From Chrysomallon squamiferum (lineage: Eukaryota > Animalia > Mollusca), in NCBI GenBank assembly GCA_012295275.1, contig CM022671.1:3968001-4032000 (forward strand): DNA of 64,000 bases, in the 5' to 3' direction. Below, piece after piece: positions 12,553 through 25,383 of the stretch; position 1 is the first letter of the stretch; every line of letters begins with the position of its first letter. The position numbers were made by a program, and so were the translations under genes. The notes below the pieces were generated by a model, which was given only the letters and a program-made list of their open reading frames with translations, searched no databases and was not told the DNA's origin.

Positions 12553-12581
12553 TGACAGAGGTCAAATCAAGGTCACTGTCA
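12553..12581 (+). promoter_or_regulatory. DR5 nuclear-receptor element flanked by inverted TGACAG sites
   Basis: TGACAG-AGGTCA-aatca-AGGTCA-CTGTCA read directly from the sequence. Confidence 0.5.
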
Positions 12582-12868
12582 CGTCCAGTAACTAACGTTC
12601 AGGAAACCGTGTTCACGAAATGATATTTTCCAACAAACTAGTTAGATTTTATGTTTACAACGTGTGGCGTATGGAGGCAGTTGTGAAAAGCTTTCTCCCG
12701 TTTTAGAATTGTCATTTGATGGCGTTGAATAAGTTAATGTTCAGTGTTTTGTGGGTTTTTGTGGGGCTGGGGGGCTTTATGCATAAATTATGTAATTTTA
12801 TTATGATCAAGAGATAAATAAAATTTATATGTTCAATAATATTAAATCATTTAATTTAAATAAACATA

Positions 12869-12899
<31 letters not shown>

Positions 12900-13046
12900 A
12901 CAAATAAATAAAGAAAGAAATTTTATTATATAATATTTCATAGCGTTTATCAATAACTATAGGTTTAAATTATAGGTATGAATATAATTATCAATATATT
13001 CATCAGCAAAAATTAATCCGGTTTATGTTATCAACAATGAACTGAA

Positions 13047-13102
<56 letters not shown>

Positions 13103-15982
13103 CAACAATAATAATAATAATAACAACAACAATAATAATAATAATAACAAAAGAAACTGAATAAAACACAAAAAAAAACAACTATAACTTGAAAAAATCT
13201 GAAGAAGAAAAAACAACAACTATGAAATCAAGAAGGAATTATTATTTTCCTTTAAAGCGTGTTCTTAATGCTCGCCGTCTTGGTTGTAATCGTAATCTTC
13301 ATTGACGTACACGCCGGTGACGTCGTAGCTGTTGGCATACTCTTCTTCGTGAGCGTGCTCTTTTTGTCCCTCCGTCGTGCAATCTGACTCCTTCAAACGC
13401 AGACAGATTAAAAGTCACTCGAAGCAGGTGAAAATACAATTAAACGTCGCTAAATGGCTGAATAAATATGCTAGCCTTTTGGGAGATTGGCTCAGCACTT
13501 TTCTTCGTCATAATACCCGCATGTTTATTTCATTGCTTTCTACGCTACCCGCCTTAACAAAAAAAAAACAAACAAAAACACACACACACACACAAACCAA
13601 AAACGGGGGGGGGTTCTGCATTAATTCAGTACTGCTTGTTTTGTCTATTGCCATACTTAGCCCGTTTATTGGATGGGCGTGGTCTACAACAAAACGGGCG
13701 AAACCTTTCTCTGTTTGCCTTGGTGTGGATTTTCCACAGTGCTACACTCGTTTTTGCAGCTTTCTTTCACAGAGACATGTTTGGCCATCAATTTATAGTG
13801 CCTTTAAAAAAAAAAAAAAAAAAAACGCTCGCCGCCCGCCTTTGAAGCGCGCGCGACGAAAAGACGAGGGGGGAGGGTGGGTGGGGTGGGGGGTGAAGGC
13901 AAATTTTTCAGAAATCGAGTTAGGGGAGAGGGATCTGGTTTAAAAAAGTAAACATCAGTTCAAACAACACGATCCTTCGCGTCTTTATTTATTTTATTTT
14001 TTTTTTTTTTTTTTTTTTTTTCTCTCTCTGACTCCGCTCCGCGCGCGGTGGTGGGGTGTGGGGGGGGGGGGCGGGAGTTGGGGTGGTGGGGGGTTGCCAC
14101 CGTCGTCTGCCGACACAAAAATTCGACACCGCAAAAAAAAAGGCGACGGAGACCGAAAGTGAACGAGCGACTACGTCGGGCGACGTGGTGAACCACAGCG
14201 CTGATCGGATATTTTTGTTTTTTTTTAAGTAGGTGTATCCGTGAACGACGTCAACGACTCGCATAAAAAGGAGGTGATTTTTTTTTTAAATTTCAAAAAC
14301 GTGCGGTTCCGCTGGGTGTGATGTTGTCGTGTACCCCCGGGGACATATTGCGTCAGCCCCACCCCACCCCCGCATTTTTAACAAGACAAAAGATTCTTTC
14401 CTCTTTTTTTTTCGTTCTTTTTTTTTTTTCTTGTTTTTCTTTCTTTATTCTTCCTTTCTGTCTGCTTAACTTTCCTTCGTTTCCTCTTTTTTTCTTTTTT
14501 TTTTTTTTTTTTGGTACTTTTTCTTTTCACAATAAAACGTATTTCACGTGGAAAAATTTACGTTCACGAGAAATCCGAACTTTCTGATTTCCAGGATTCA
14601 ACCCTGTTTCCAGGAATACAGCTGGTTTATTGCACGATTTGTTTTTTTTTTCCATTGTTGTCTGTCCAAACACGACAATCGTCTGTCTGTCTGTCTGTCT
14701 GTCTGTCTGACTGTTAAGAAATCATTTGATTGTTTTCAAAACTCAAAAGCGAAAACAGCATCCGCATGTACGTGTGTCTGTAGTTCTTGTTTAGTCTTGT
14801 CTTAAAATGGGAGCAATATAAACAAACGTTCGTCCATACGTCTCTCGTTTTTTTTTTTTTTTTTTTTTTTGTTTTTTGTTTTGTCTCGTCTGAAAAGTGG
14901 AGAAACTGGGAGGGGAAGTGTTTTTTGTTTTTTTTTATAGTTTTATTTTAATTTTGTTAAAAAGCTGAAGTGGAAACAAAAGGAAGGGAAAGTGAAACGG
15001 CAAGAAAACAATTAAATTAATCGCTATTGTTTTCCTACTAACGCCTTAGTAAAGATATTTCCTTATGAATCATAGTCACGTGACACTGACATCCCCCCAC
15101 CACCACCACCCCCGTTCAGTGCACTCTAGCAAAGTGTTTGATTTATTTACTTGTTTGTGTATTTATTTTGATAGTTATTCATTTCATTTTTGGTTATGTT
15201 TTACAAATTTATTAGTTCATTTATCTTTCTGTCTATCTGTCTCTTTATTTAATCTTTACTGTTTGCATTATTATTATTATTATTATTATTATTACTACTA
15301 CTACTATTATTATTATTATTAAGTTGTTATCTTTGTCATCATCATCATCATTATCATCAGTATTATTAGCATAAGTATTATTGGTATTAGTAATCTTTTT
15401 ATTTATTATCATAATTACTTTTTAAAAAATTATTCATTATCATTATTTCTAATTCTTATATTTATTATCATTATCATCATCATCATTATCGTCTTAATTA
15501 TCATTAAAAAAATTCAGATTTTAACAATAAATAATTTAACATTTTTTTTTTATTTAATTTTTTTTCCTCTGCATGTCGCTCTCGCGGTATATTTTAAATA
15601 TTTAACACAGTATTTTCCGCTTCATTGATTTCGTGTTATTAAATTTACTTTCCATATTTGACAAGTCATTCAACCATCGCCAACGTTCTTGTCGTTTCCT
15701 TCATCAGTTTCGAAAAGTGTAGCAGACAAACGAAATGAAAATAAATAAATAAATAATAATAATAAATGGAAATTGAATATGTAAAAAAAAAAAAGAAGAA
15801 GAATTATAAACGAGCCTCGTTCTGGCCAAAAGTGTTCACTGCATAATCACGTGATGTATGTACTTGTAGGAAATTTTAAACTTATATTTATCTATTCATC
15901 TTTTTTTTTTTTTGTTTATTTGGATTTTTTGTTTGTTTGTTTGTTTATTTCTTTGTTTTCAATTATTATTATTATTATTATT

Positions 15983-16015
<33 letters not shown>

Positions 16016-16373
16016 ATTATTGTTGTTATTATTATTATCATCATCATCATCATCATTATTATTAATTTTTAATTTATAAAATTTTTCAGTTCCTTTATCC
16101 GTTTTACATATTGTTATAAACAATTTTCTTTTATTTTTAGAATTTTTCTTTTTCCTTTTTTTTTTTTTTTTTTTTTTTTCTTTTTTCTTGCCATTTTAAC
16201 GCTTCGTGGGTTTTCGTTTATTATTTTCTACTTGTTTTTTATTTTTTTGTCAATTGTGCAAGCTTTAGACTTCCTTCCAAAGATGGCGTCACGCTTAAGT
16301 GGCTTGGCCTAATCAATAGACATAATATTACATTTCCTATTGCTTCTAATAGAAAGCGTTTTTTCTATCGTGT

Positions 16374-16712
16374 TTGTGTGTATCTGTGTGTGTACATGAT
16401 TATATATGTATGTATTTATATATCTATATATATATATATATTTGTGTGTGTATGTATGTATGTGTGTGTATCTGTGTATGTATACGATTATATATGTATG
16501 TATTTATATATCTGTATATATATATTTGTGTGTGTATATATTTGTGTGTGTATATATATTTGTGTGTATCTGTGTATGTATATGATTATATATGTATGTA
16601 TGTGTGTATGTATATATGTACATATGTAGGATGTATGTGTGTATATATTTGTGTATATTTCTATTTATCTGTTTGTATATATACATACGTATATATATAT
16701 ATATGTATGTAT

Positions 16713-16747
<35 letters not shown>

Positions 16748-16810
16748 GATATAGAGGGATAGATAGGTAGATAGATAGATAGATAGATATAGATAGATAG
16801 ATAGATATGG
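16374..16810. repeat. Compound (TG/TA/TATG/AGAT) microsatellite field
   Basis: Directly visible; source of several spurious ORFs. Confidence 0.9.
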
Positions 16811-17865
16811 CTGTTTCGGTGTATATACGTGTATATGTTTTTAATGTATGTATGTGTACACAAAAACACGTATTTATATGAGTTTGTGTTTGTGTCTGTC
16901 TGTCTTTCTGTCTGTCTGTGTGTGTGCGCGCTCGGCAAACACAAACTCAAACGACATTTAATAGTGCTCACCTGTTGCAGAGTTGTTCTGTGTGTTGTCT
17001 CTCGCATTACAAAAACACTTGCAACATATTGTATCTATTAAACGTCACTCCTTGAAACCACCTGGAGAGATAAACCCATCCAAACCTCACCCCCCACCAT
17101 ACCCACACCAACCCACCTCCCTCTCGGATCGTCCCGTTTGATCGCAACGCGCACGTTTCCAAGGCACGTGCGAGCAATAAAGAAAAGAAAGAAAAAAAAA
17201 TCGTTCTACCCCATGCCAAGATTCGATCCGCAGTTCTGAGCGAAACAGCGAGTGTTCCCTTCGATCCGCCAGCGACACATTTGCGTCATTTTCTAGGTTA
17301 CTGCGCCCCCCCATAGCGATGACCCGTTACTGCGGCTCCCCCCCATAGCGTGGACCCGTTCCTGCGTAATGCCTCAAAGTGCACCTGTTGCAAGGTATAT
17401 TGCATTTATAATATTCTACCTGTAATTTTTTTTTTCCCCACACCTGTTCACCATAACGTTTAATGGTCTGCCTATCTAGTTATAATTTATCACCTAGCAT
17501 TTGATTAATACTGGGGACGGTATTATGAAAATGACCGTTAATTATTTATTTACTTACTTGTTTACATCATATTAACTATTCATGAATAGGATATAATAGT
17601 CGTTTGTTTATATATATATATATATATATAATAAGCGTTTTGTTATGAATAGGAAAACAAATGGTAGTTCGTGTACGTGTATATTTATGTATATTATTTA
17701 TTATTTTATGTATGTATGTATGTATGTATGTATGCATGTGTGTATGTGTGTGTGTGTATATATATATATATATCTGTGTGTGTCTCTATGTATATTTAAT
17801 TATATATTTATTCTATTTAAACAGTTTATTTATTTATTTATTTATTTATTTGTTTATTTTTACAG

Positions 17866-17991
17866 TCGGCAGCTCGGCGTGCAGGTACAAGTTGTGCAAA
17901 CTGCGGAACATCAACTACAACGTTGTGGAGGCGAAACGCCAACGGCGACCCCGTCTGCAACGCCTGTGGTCTTTACTACAAGCTCCATAAT
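17866..17991 (+). CDS. GATA123: GATA1/2/3-class transcription factor, C-terminal zinc finger exon
   Basis: Read by hand; this frame is not in the ORF track: [42 protein letters not shown]. Acceptor tttttacag ends at 17865; donor gtaagt starts at 17992; 126 nt, phase 0/0; joins in frame after ...KPKRRL. Confidence 0.97.
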
Positions 17992-18448
17992 GTAAGTAAA
18001 CGTTTTGTTTCGACTACGTAATTTAAATACACACGCGATGCTATCAGTAATGTAATTACAAATGCATATGTCTGCCTGCCCTATTAGTCGCTCACATTAA
18101 CAACCAGCCGACATTACCATTCGGTATATTATTATTATTAGTTGAGCCAATCGGATTTCATAGGTGACATGACGTCAGAGCACGCAATGACGTCAGCAGT
18201 TTGCTTTATTGGAGGTTTTACAAAAGAATGCTTTCGTTGCCAGAGGCAAAGAGAAATTCGGTGACTTAATTTTGATATTAGTCAGGTGCGGTTTTAGTTA
18301 TTCTGAAAATATCGCGTTTTAGCGGTGAGAAAATATATAGCTAACGCATTATTAAGAAATATTTTTTTACGAACACAGTATATTTTTTCTTTATTTCTTT
18401 TAATTTTCTTCTTCGTTTTCTTTTCCGTCATATCATTATCATTTTCTT

Positions 18449-18479
<31 letters not shown>

Positions 18480-19753
18480 TTCCAAATATCCTTATAACTT
18501 AACTAAAATCTCTCGCTTTCTTACAATTTCTAAATTAACACCACATCGTAAAACTGTAACGATTAATCAAAGAACGAACCATCTAAAACGAGAGTTAAAG
18601 CTCGCTTGTCATGGGCAAATAATTTAGAATCTGGCCTATCTATACGAGTCAGTAATCATGGTGTATCAGACACTATTACATTATTCTGATAAAATATTTT
18701 TAACTTCTGTTAGTGGACAGATTTTTCGTTTTCTGCTTTCTTGACACAGAAATTCCATTTGAATAATTCTCAAATCTGCTGTCAGACGCTCAACTGACAT
18801 TCACCAACAGAACAAATCAAATCAGACCGATAATTGATCGAACTATTCGCTTGGTAATTTCCATCGTAAGACAAACCAATTACAGACCTAACGTGGGCGG
18901 CCACTACAACGACTCCGTCATCTGATGTAGTGAAAGTTATTCTGTTCTGCATATCATTTTTTTGTTTGGGAATGTTTCAATGATTTTTTTTGTCCTGCGC
19001 GCGAATCTTCAATAGATGAGTCGACACATAAAGTGATATGTGTTAAATATGCGATCAGCTTTCATTTTAATTATGGTTTTATTGTCTGAATATGATATTT
19101 AATTTGCAGCCAGCCACATGTGACAGATTAAAGCGTAATTCACTACCTCGAGTCCTGCTTTGCTGCAAATTAAAAACTGCTGCGTAATCTTTTACATGAA
19201 TAAATAAACAGACTGCTTAAATATAATAAATATATAATTAAACATACACACATACACAGACACACACACATACACACACAGTCACACACACATACATACA
19301 TATATACACATACACATATACATACATACACACATATATGCATAGATACATACACATACATACACACATATATGCATACGTACATACACATACATACGTT
19401 CAAACATATAATGCACACACGTACGTTAGACACACAGATAAACAGACAGACACACAGATATAACCTTGTAAAAAACAACAACAACATTAAAACCATGACG
19501 TACAGAAGAAGCAAGTTCCCGTACTGCTCTAAAAAAATCCAGTTAAACTGCATAATTTATATATACGCGAAACTGAACACCATTGCCTGGGATTACATTT
19601 TTAAATACAAATCGCTGGCCACAAACCACGGTTAGTTAGTCAACGCTGGTAATCTAGATGCAGTGGTAAGAGCAGCGTGTTAGGGCTGTATCATAACGTA
19701 TTTACAATAAATTATAAAAACACAACAAAGCATCTGAACCTCCCAGTCGTTCA

Positions 19754-19798
<45 letters not shown>

Positions 19799-20001
19799 CG
19801 CTACCAATCACACGCAGATGTCGCAAGGCGCATGAATATCCCGTTTCTTGCAGCTATTGATTGGGGGCTAGACTGCGTGATACCGCGGATGAATATTAAT
19901 TGACATGAATACGGCGATGACGTAATGTGAATATTTATGCGGAAAGGCAAGTAGTGTGTTTGGCAGAATAATTGTTGTAATAAATCTTGGATGCGAGAAT
20001 T

Positions 20002-20104
<103 letters not shown>

Positions 20105-20239
20105 TGTTTTTTTTTCTTCTGAATAGCCGATATATTAATTTACTTTGTTTTATTGCTTTAAAATACAGTTGTATATATATATAGATATATATATATAAAT
20201 TAACAATAAAAATATCGTCTCTCTTTCTCTATCTTACAG

Positions 20240-20320
<81 letters not shown>

Positions 20321-20827
20321 GTTTTACAAGATTACAACGTAAAGATCTTGTTAAAGGCGCTCGCTCGCTAAATGGTTTTGAAGGCTTGTTACACCGAGTA
20401 TTTAAATTTATTAATGACTCAACGTATTTAGCAACGAGTGACTGCATTTGTTAGGCACAGCCCGTGATTAGCCAGACAGTGGATTTTACCAGTCACCCAA
20501 CCAAGTTGATTCGTCAGCGAACTTCCTAATTCGAGAAATCCAACCATTCGCTCTTTATTAATGAGCCGCTTACGTTTAAAACTTCGCTGCTCGGCGAATT
20601 TCGCCAGTTGTGACGTTAGTTTTTTTTTTTTTTTTAAGAAGGATTCTTGAGGGTTTTTTGCTAGGTTTAAGGTGTTGGGATATTTTTTTTTTTTTAGGTT
20701 GGTAGGTTCTTGGATCGAATCCTGTTATCGGTTTCTGATTTTTTAAGTTAGTTTATCTGATTTGTTTTGTGTTGGGATTTTCTGAAATATTTGTCTAATA
20801 TATTAAATTTAAATTTATATTATTATG

Positions 20828-20881
<54 letters not shown>

Positions 20882-21126
20882 AAACGCGATCCTAGATTCC
20901 ACCATTCTAGTCTTAAAGTTTTAAAAACTTTCCCAGCACATCTCATTAAACTCAAAATAAAACAAACAGAAAAAAATCAAAAAAAATCAGCTTACAGACT
21001 CAACAAGCAAAACCATGCACCAATTTGACCAACGTCAAAAAAAAAAAAAAAAAAAAAAAAAAATTATCCTAAACCAGACTAACTGGAGACGGGAATTCTA
21101 GAAGTCACCCACGCTTCACTGAACCA

Positions 21127-21164
<38 letters not shown>

Positions 21165-21361
21165 ACACCCCCCCCCCCCCCCCCCATCCCTTTTTAGCAC
21201 CGCTCTGTGGCTATGAATACGTCCCCCGGCTCGAATCTTTGTCAGAATCATGTGGCCCCCGACTTTCCCCTTTGAAAAGCATTTGCTCTTTTTGACAAGT
21301 GATGATACTGATGAAGGCTGACTTTAGAAACGGAGGTATTCTTTCTCGCTGGCTCCGTCCG

Positions 21362-21406
21362 CCTTGTCTGCCTTGTCTGGCTTGTCTGGCTTGTCTGGTT
21401 TGTCTG
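21362..21406. repeat. 9-bp minisatellite, 5 copies (SYTTGTCTG)
   Basis: ccttgtctg ccttgtctg gcttgtctg gcttgtctg gtttgtctg. Confidence 0.9.
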
Positions 21407-21649
21407 GCGGGTATGATGCTGATGAAAAGTGACTCGAGAAAAGGGTGCCCCTTTTTAAGCTGGTTAGCTACGCGTATCTGACTGTATCTTGAGAAACAGA
21501 AGTCGTGCGCGCGGAACGTTCACGACAAAACAAAACGAGCGACAAAAGTAATAATATATTGAGACAGGCGGAAATGAAAATTACTCATAATGGAAAATAT
21601 TTAAAAACGCAGTCTCGGTGTCTACGGTGAAAAATTAATTATTTGTTGC

Positions 21650-21683
<34 letters not shown>

Positions 21684-21944
21684 CAAGAGAAAGTGCGTGG
21701 ATGTAAAATGAATGAAAAAAAAAAAAAAAAAGTGCGTGGATGTAAAGTGAATGAAAAAAAAAAAAGATGAAGAAAGAAACAGAAACAGAAAAAAAAAAGA
21801 TAATTAAAAAGGCAAAGAAAATATGGCATGGGAAAAAAAAAAAAAGATATTTAAATGTCTCCAAAAAAGAATTTGAAAAATGTGGATGATTTATTTGAAA
21901 CTTAACCTGTTGATGATTTTGTACTCTTAGTGCTTTGGAATGAT

Positions 21945-21983
<39 letters not shown>

Positions 21984-22367
21984 TTCATTCATTTATGTTC
22001 TGAGTAATAGCAGTATTATTATTAATAGTAGCAGCAGCAGTAGTAATAAATAAGTGGAAACTAAAAATAAAACAACATTTATATACATATACACATATAA
22101 AACAAAATCATGTTTCAGGAGATCAAGATATCATGTTTCACTCGTTTAAATTTCTAACGTTTATCAGAGCCAAAGAGGTCAGATTAGAACTGGAAATTAC
22201 GCAATGAAAACTGCTGAGTCATCATGTTTCGTTCCCAGCATAATAACAGGAAGCTGAAACTTAAACTGCAAACTTGTGTAATGTTTATGTGATGTCGTAT
22301 TCCTAACACAGGATTAGGCTGTTTCACTGGGGGGAAAAGAATACGAGATAAATAGCGTGTTATATAA

Positions 22368-22700
22368 CAGTAATAGCAGTTGTAGTCGTAGTAGCAACAG
22401 TAGTAGTAGTAGTAGTTGTAGTAGCAATAGTAGTAGTAGTTGTTGTAGTAGCAATAGTAGTAGTAGTAGTTGTAGTTGCAATAGTAGTAGTAGTAGTTGT
22501 AGTAGCAACAGTAGTAGTAGTAGTTGTAGTTGCAATAGTAGTAGTAGTTATAGTAGCAATAGTAGTAGTAGTAGTTGTAGTAGCAATAGTAGTAGTTGTG
22601 GAAATTGTTGTTACAGTAACAGTACTACTATTACTACTACTACTACTACTACATCTACTACTACTATTTCTAGTAGTAGCTGGAATAGTAGCAGCAGTAA
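22368..22700. repeat. (AGT)n-based compound trinucleotide repeat with a higher-order AGTTGTAGTAGCAAT unit
   Basis: Directly visible; explains the poly-Ser and poly-Leu ORFs. Confidence 0.9.
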
Positions 22701-24534
22701 TGTGTATAATGTTTGTATTACGTATTGGTCCTTAAACAGGATTAGGTTGTCGCTGTTTTTATTAGGGAAAGGATTTAAAATAATATTATGACGTTGTCTG
22801 GTAGTGATGGTTGTAATAGTTCTTACAGTAGTAGTAGTAGTAAGAGCAACAGTTGTAGAAGTAATATATTCTATGATTGTTTTCATTGGGGGAAAGGGTC
22901 AAATGTTATAATGGTTTCCATATAAGCTGCTGTTGTCGCTGGTTTTGATTTTCTTGTTGTTAAACTAATGACAGTAATAGCAGTAGAATATATATGTAGT
23001 GTCATCATCATCATCATCATCATCATCTTTACCATCTTGATTTGGGTAAATGATTCATATAACTTCAGTTTAAATATATAATTTTGATGTATGTTTATCT
23101 GTCTCTCTGAATTCATCGGTGTTATATATTTTCGTATATAATATAGATATATATATACACACAAACACACATACATACATATAGAAAAACACACGTGTAT
23201 CCTATATTTATGTACAAATCTATTTTGTTTTCTTTATTTATTTGTTTACTTGTTTTATGTGTTTATTTATTTAGTCAGTTAGTTTGTTAGTTAATTCCTT
23301 TGTTTTCTTTGCTTCTTTCCTAACTTATTTGTTTATTTTACAGTTGTAAACACTGTGTTTTGATTTTGTCTAATATCCGGGTTTTCTATCCGGTTCTAAA
23401 TCTGGACATATTTGATTGTTTCTTTGTTTCGTGTTTTAAAACTACAACTGTGGTGTGATGTTAGGATCTCTCGTTGTCCATTTTCTTAATGAGATTCGTT
23501 TTATTTTACGATCGTAATTAACTTAATTCTAGTGAATTCTTTATCTTCCGTTTTCCGCGAATATTAAATTACCTCGCCATTGTGTGCGGACTTACTTACA
23601 TCAAACAAGCTTTATGATAATAAAGCCTGGGATTAACAAGTTCAATTTTCCACCCATTATTTTACCAACATCTAAAGAAAACAAACAATGGCAAATAAAC
23701 CCCAGCCGGATCCTTCCCTCCAACCGCCTTTTCAATCCTTCTATACACATCGTTATTCCCCGTGCTTTTCCGCGACGAAACCGACCAATCGGAGACCGTC
23801 CCGAACGACGCTGGGCCAATTAGCGATCTGTTGCCCTCAAGGCCTCGTCAGATCTCGCCAATGTTCGGCTGATGGGCGAATAATAGGTGTGACACGGCGC
23901 TAGCCCCCCTAGGAACAGCGTACAAGCAGTGGCGACTTGTAATTGCTTGCTGAGAAAGAACCGCCGCCGGCTTTTGTTTAGAGTTAAGACAGTGGCAAGT
24001 CACGCAGGGTTAGCCACCTATTAAAGTTTGAAACCCGGGTAATTAGGGTGGGCGCGCGGAGAGAAAGAGGGGAGGGAGGGAGGGACCTCGTCAGATGACT
24101 GCCTAACTAGCCGTGCTTGGTGCTCGCGAAAAGAGCAGTCTGACATCACCAGGCGTCAGCGTGCAGCGCGATTTCGATCTCAGATTGAGGCTGCGTGTGA
24201 AAAGAAGGACGTCGCGATGTTAATAGATGAAACAGAAGTTATTACGACACAGTGACAACTAAATTAAAATAAAACGTAACACACCCAACACACAACACAC
24301 ACACACACACACACACACCATAATATATATATATCGTAAAATAAAAACAACACACACACAGTCACATACATATATCGTAAAATAAAAATAAATAATATAC
24401 AGACATTCAAAATTATATTTACCTTTTTTAATGAACGTTTACTGTATTAAATAACACAAATACTTAAATATTATATTTATTTTGAAACAAAATACAATGA
24501 CAAATAAACAAAATAAATGTAGTAGTAGTAATAG

Positions 24535-24570
<36 letters not shown>

Positions 24571-24588
24571 TAATAATAATAATAATAA

Positions 24589-24651
<63 letters not shown>

Positions 24652-25350
24652 ATATATCACGCTTCTCGTTTCATTGTTACCATGCTGTAAGAAAATTACA
24701 GAAAGCAAAGTTGTCAGCGTCAAACATAATCGACAACGACAGCCACACAACAGAAACACACATCAAACTGTTGATGTCGTCGTTGTCCTGTAATCTCGAC
24801 ACCCATTGTCCCCCCCTCCCTCACAAACAAAAAAAAAAAAAAAAATCAGAGGCGTCCCACATTATGGCTGATGTTCATTTTTTCCGTCTGTCCACAAAAA
24901 GGGCAACGTTATATTTTATTCCTGCGACGTCATTCACAGCATAAACGACGACAAAAAAAAAAAAAAAAACCCAAAAGCAGCGGTGACGGACGACATCATT
25001 AACTCTACGGGAGCCTGTCGATAGAGCGCAGATCTCGCCGAATTAGCTCGGAGTTGATTGTGCCTAGATGAACACTTAAGATAATTAGTGGAGGGGTTCT
25101 TCAATGGGCGAATGGGATTCAAGTGGCTTCCACAAAGAACGCTAGCTCCTGGAAGGTAAACGAGATGGTGACGTTATTGTGAGCCGCGTTTGTGAAACCC
25201 TTGGCTTTCTTTTCTTTTCTTTTGCTTTTCTTGCTTTTCTCTTTCTCTCTTCTTCTACTTCTTCTTCTTCTTCTGCCGGACTCAAACGGAATGACAAAAG
25301 CCCCGGCGAGCTCTGACGAAAGCGGGGAGGGTTTTTGGCTGCGTGAATAG

Positions 25351-25383
<33 letters not shown>

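Noticed and set aside
17645-17995. Track ORFs overlapping the C-finger exon
   Set aside because: Both are in the wrong frames; the real exon frame starts at 17866 and has no upstream start.
20700-20730. tRNA-derived SINE B-box-like GGATCGAATCC
   Set aside because: Isolated 11-mer without A box, body or tail.
21299-21425. Box C/D snoRNA (GTGATGA and CTGA words)
   Set aside because: No convincing terminal stem or recognisable rRNA-complementary guide; the words are explained by the local duplication. A snoscan/Infernal run would settle it.
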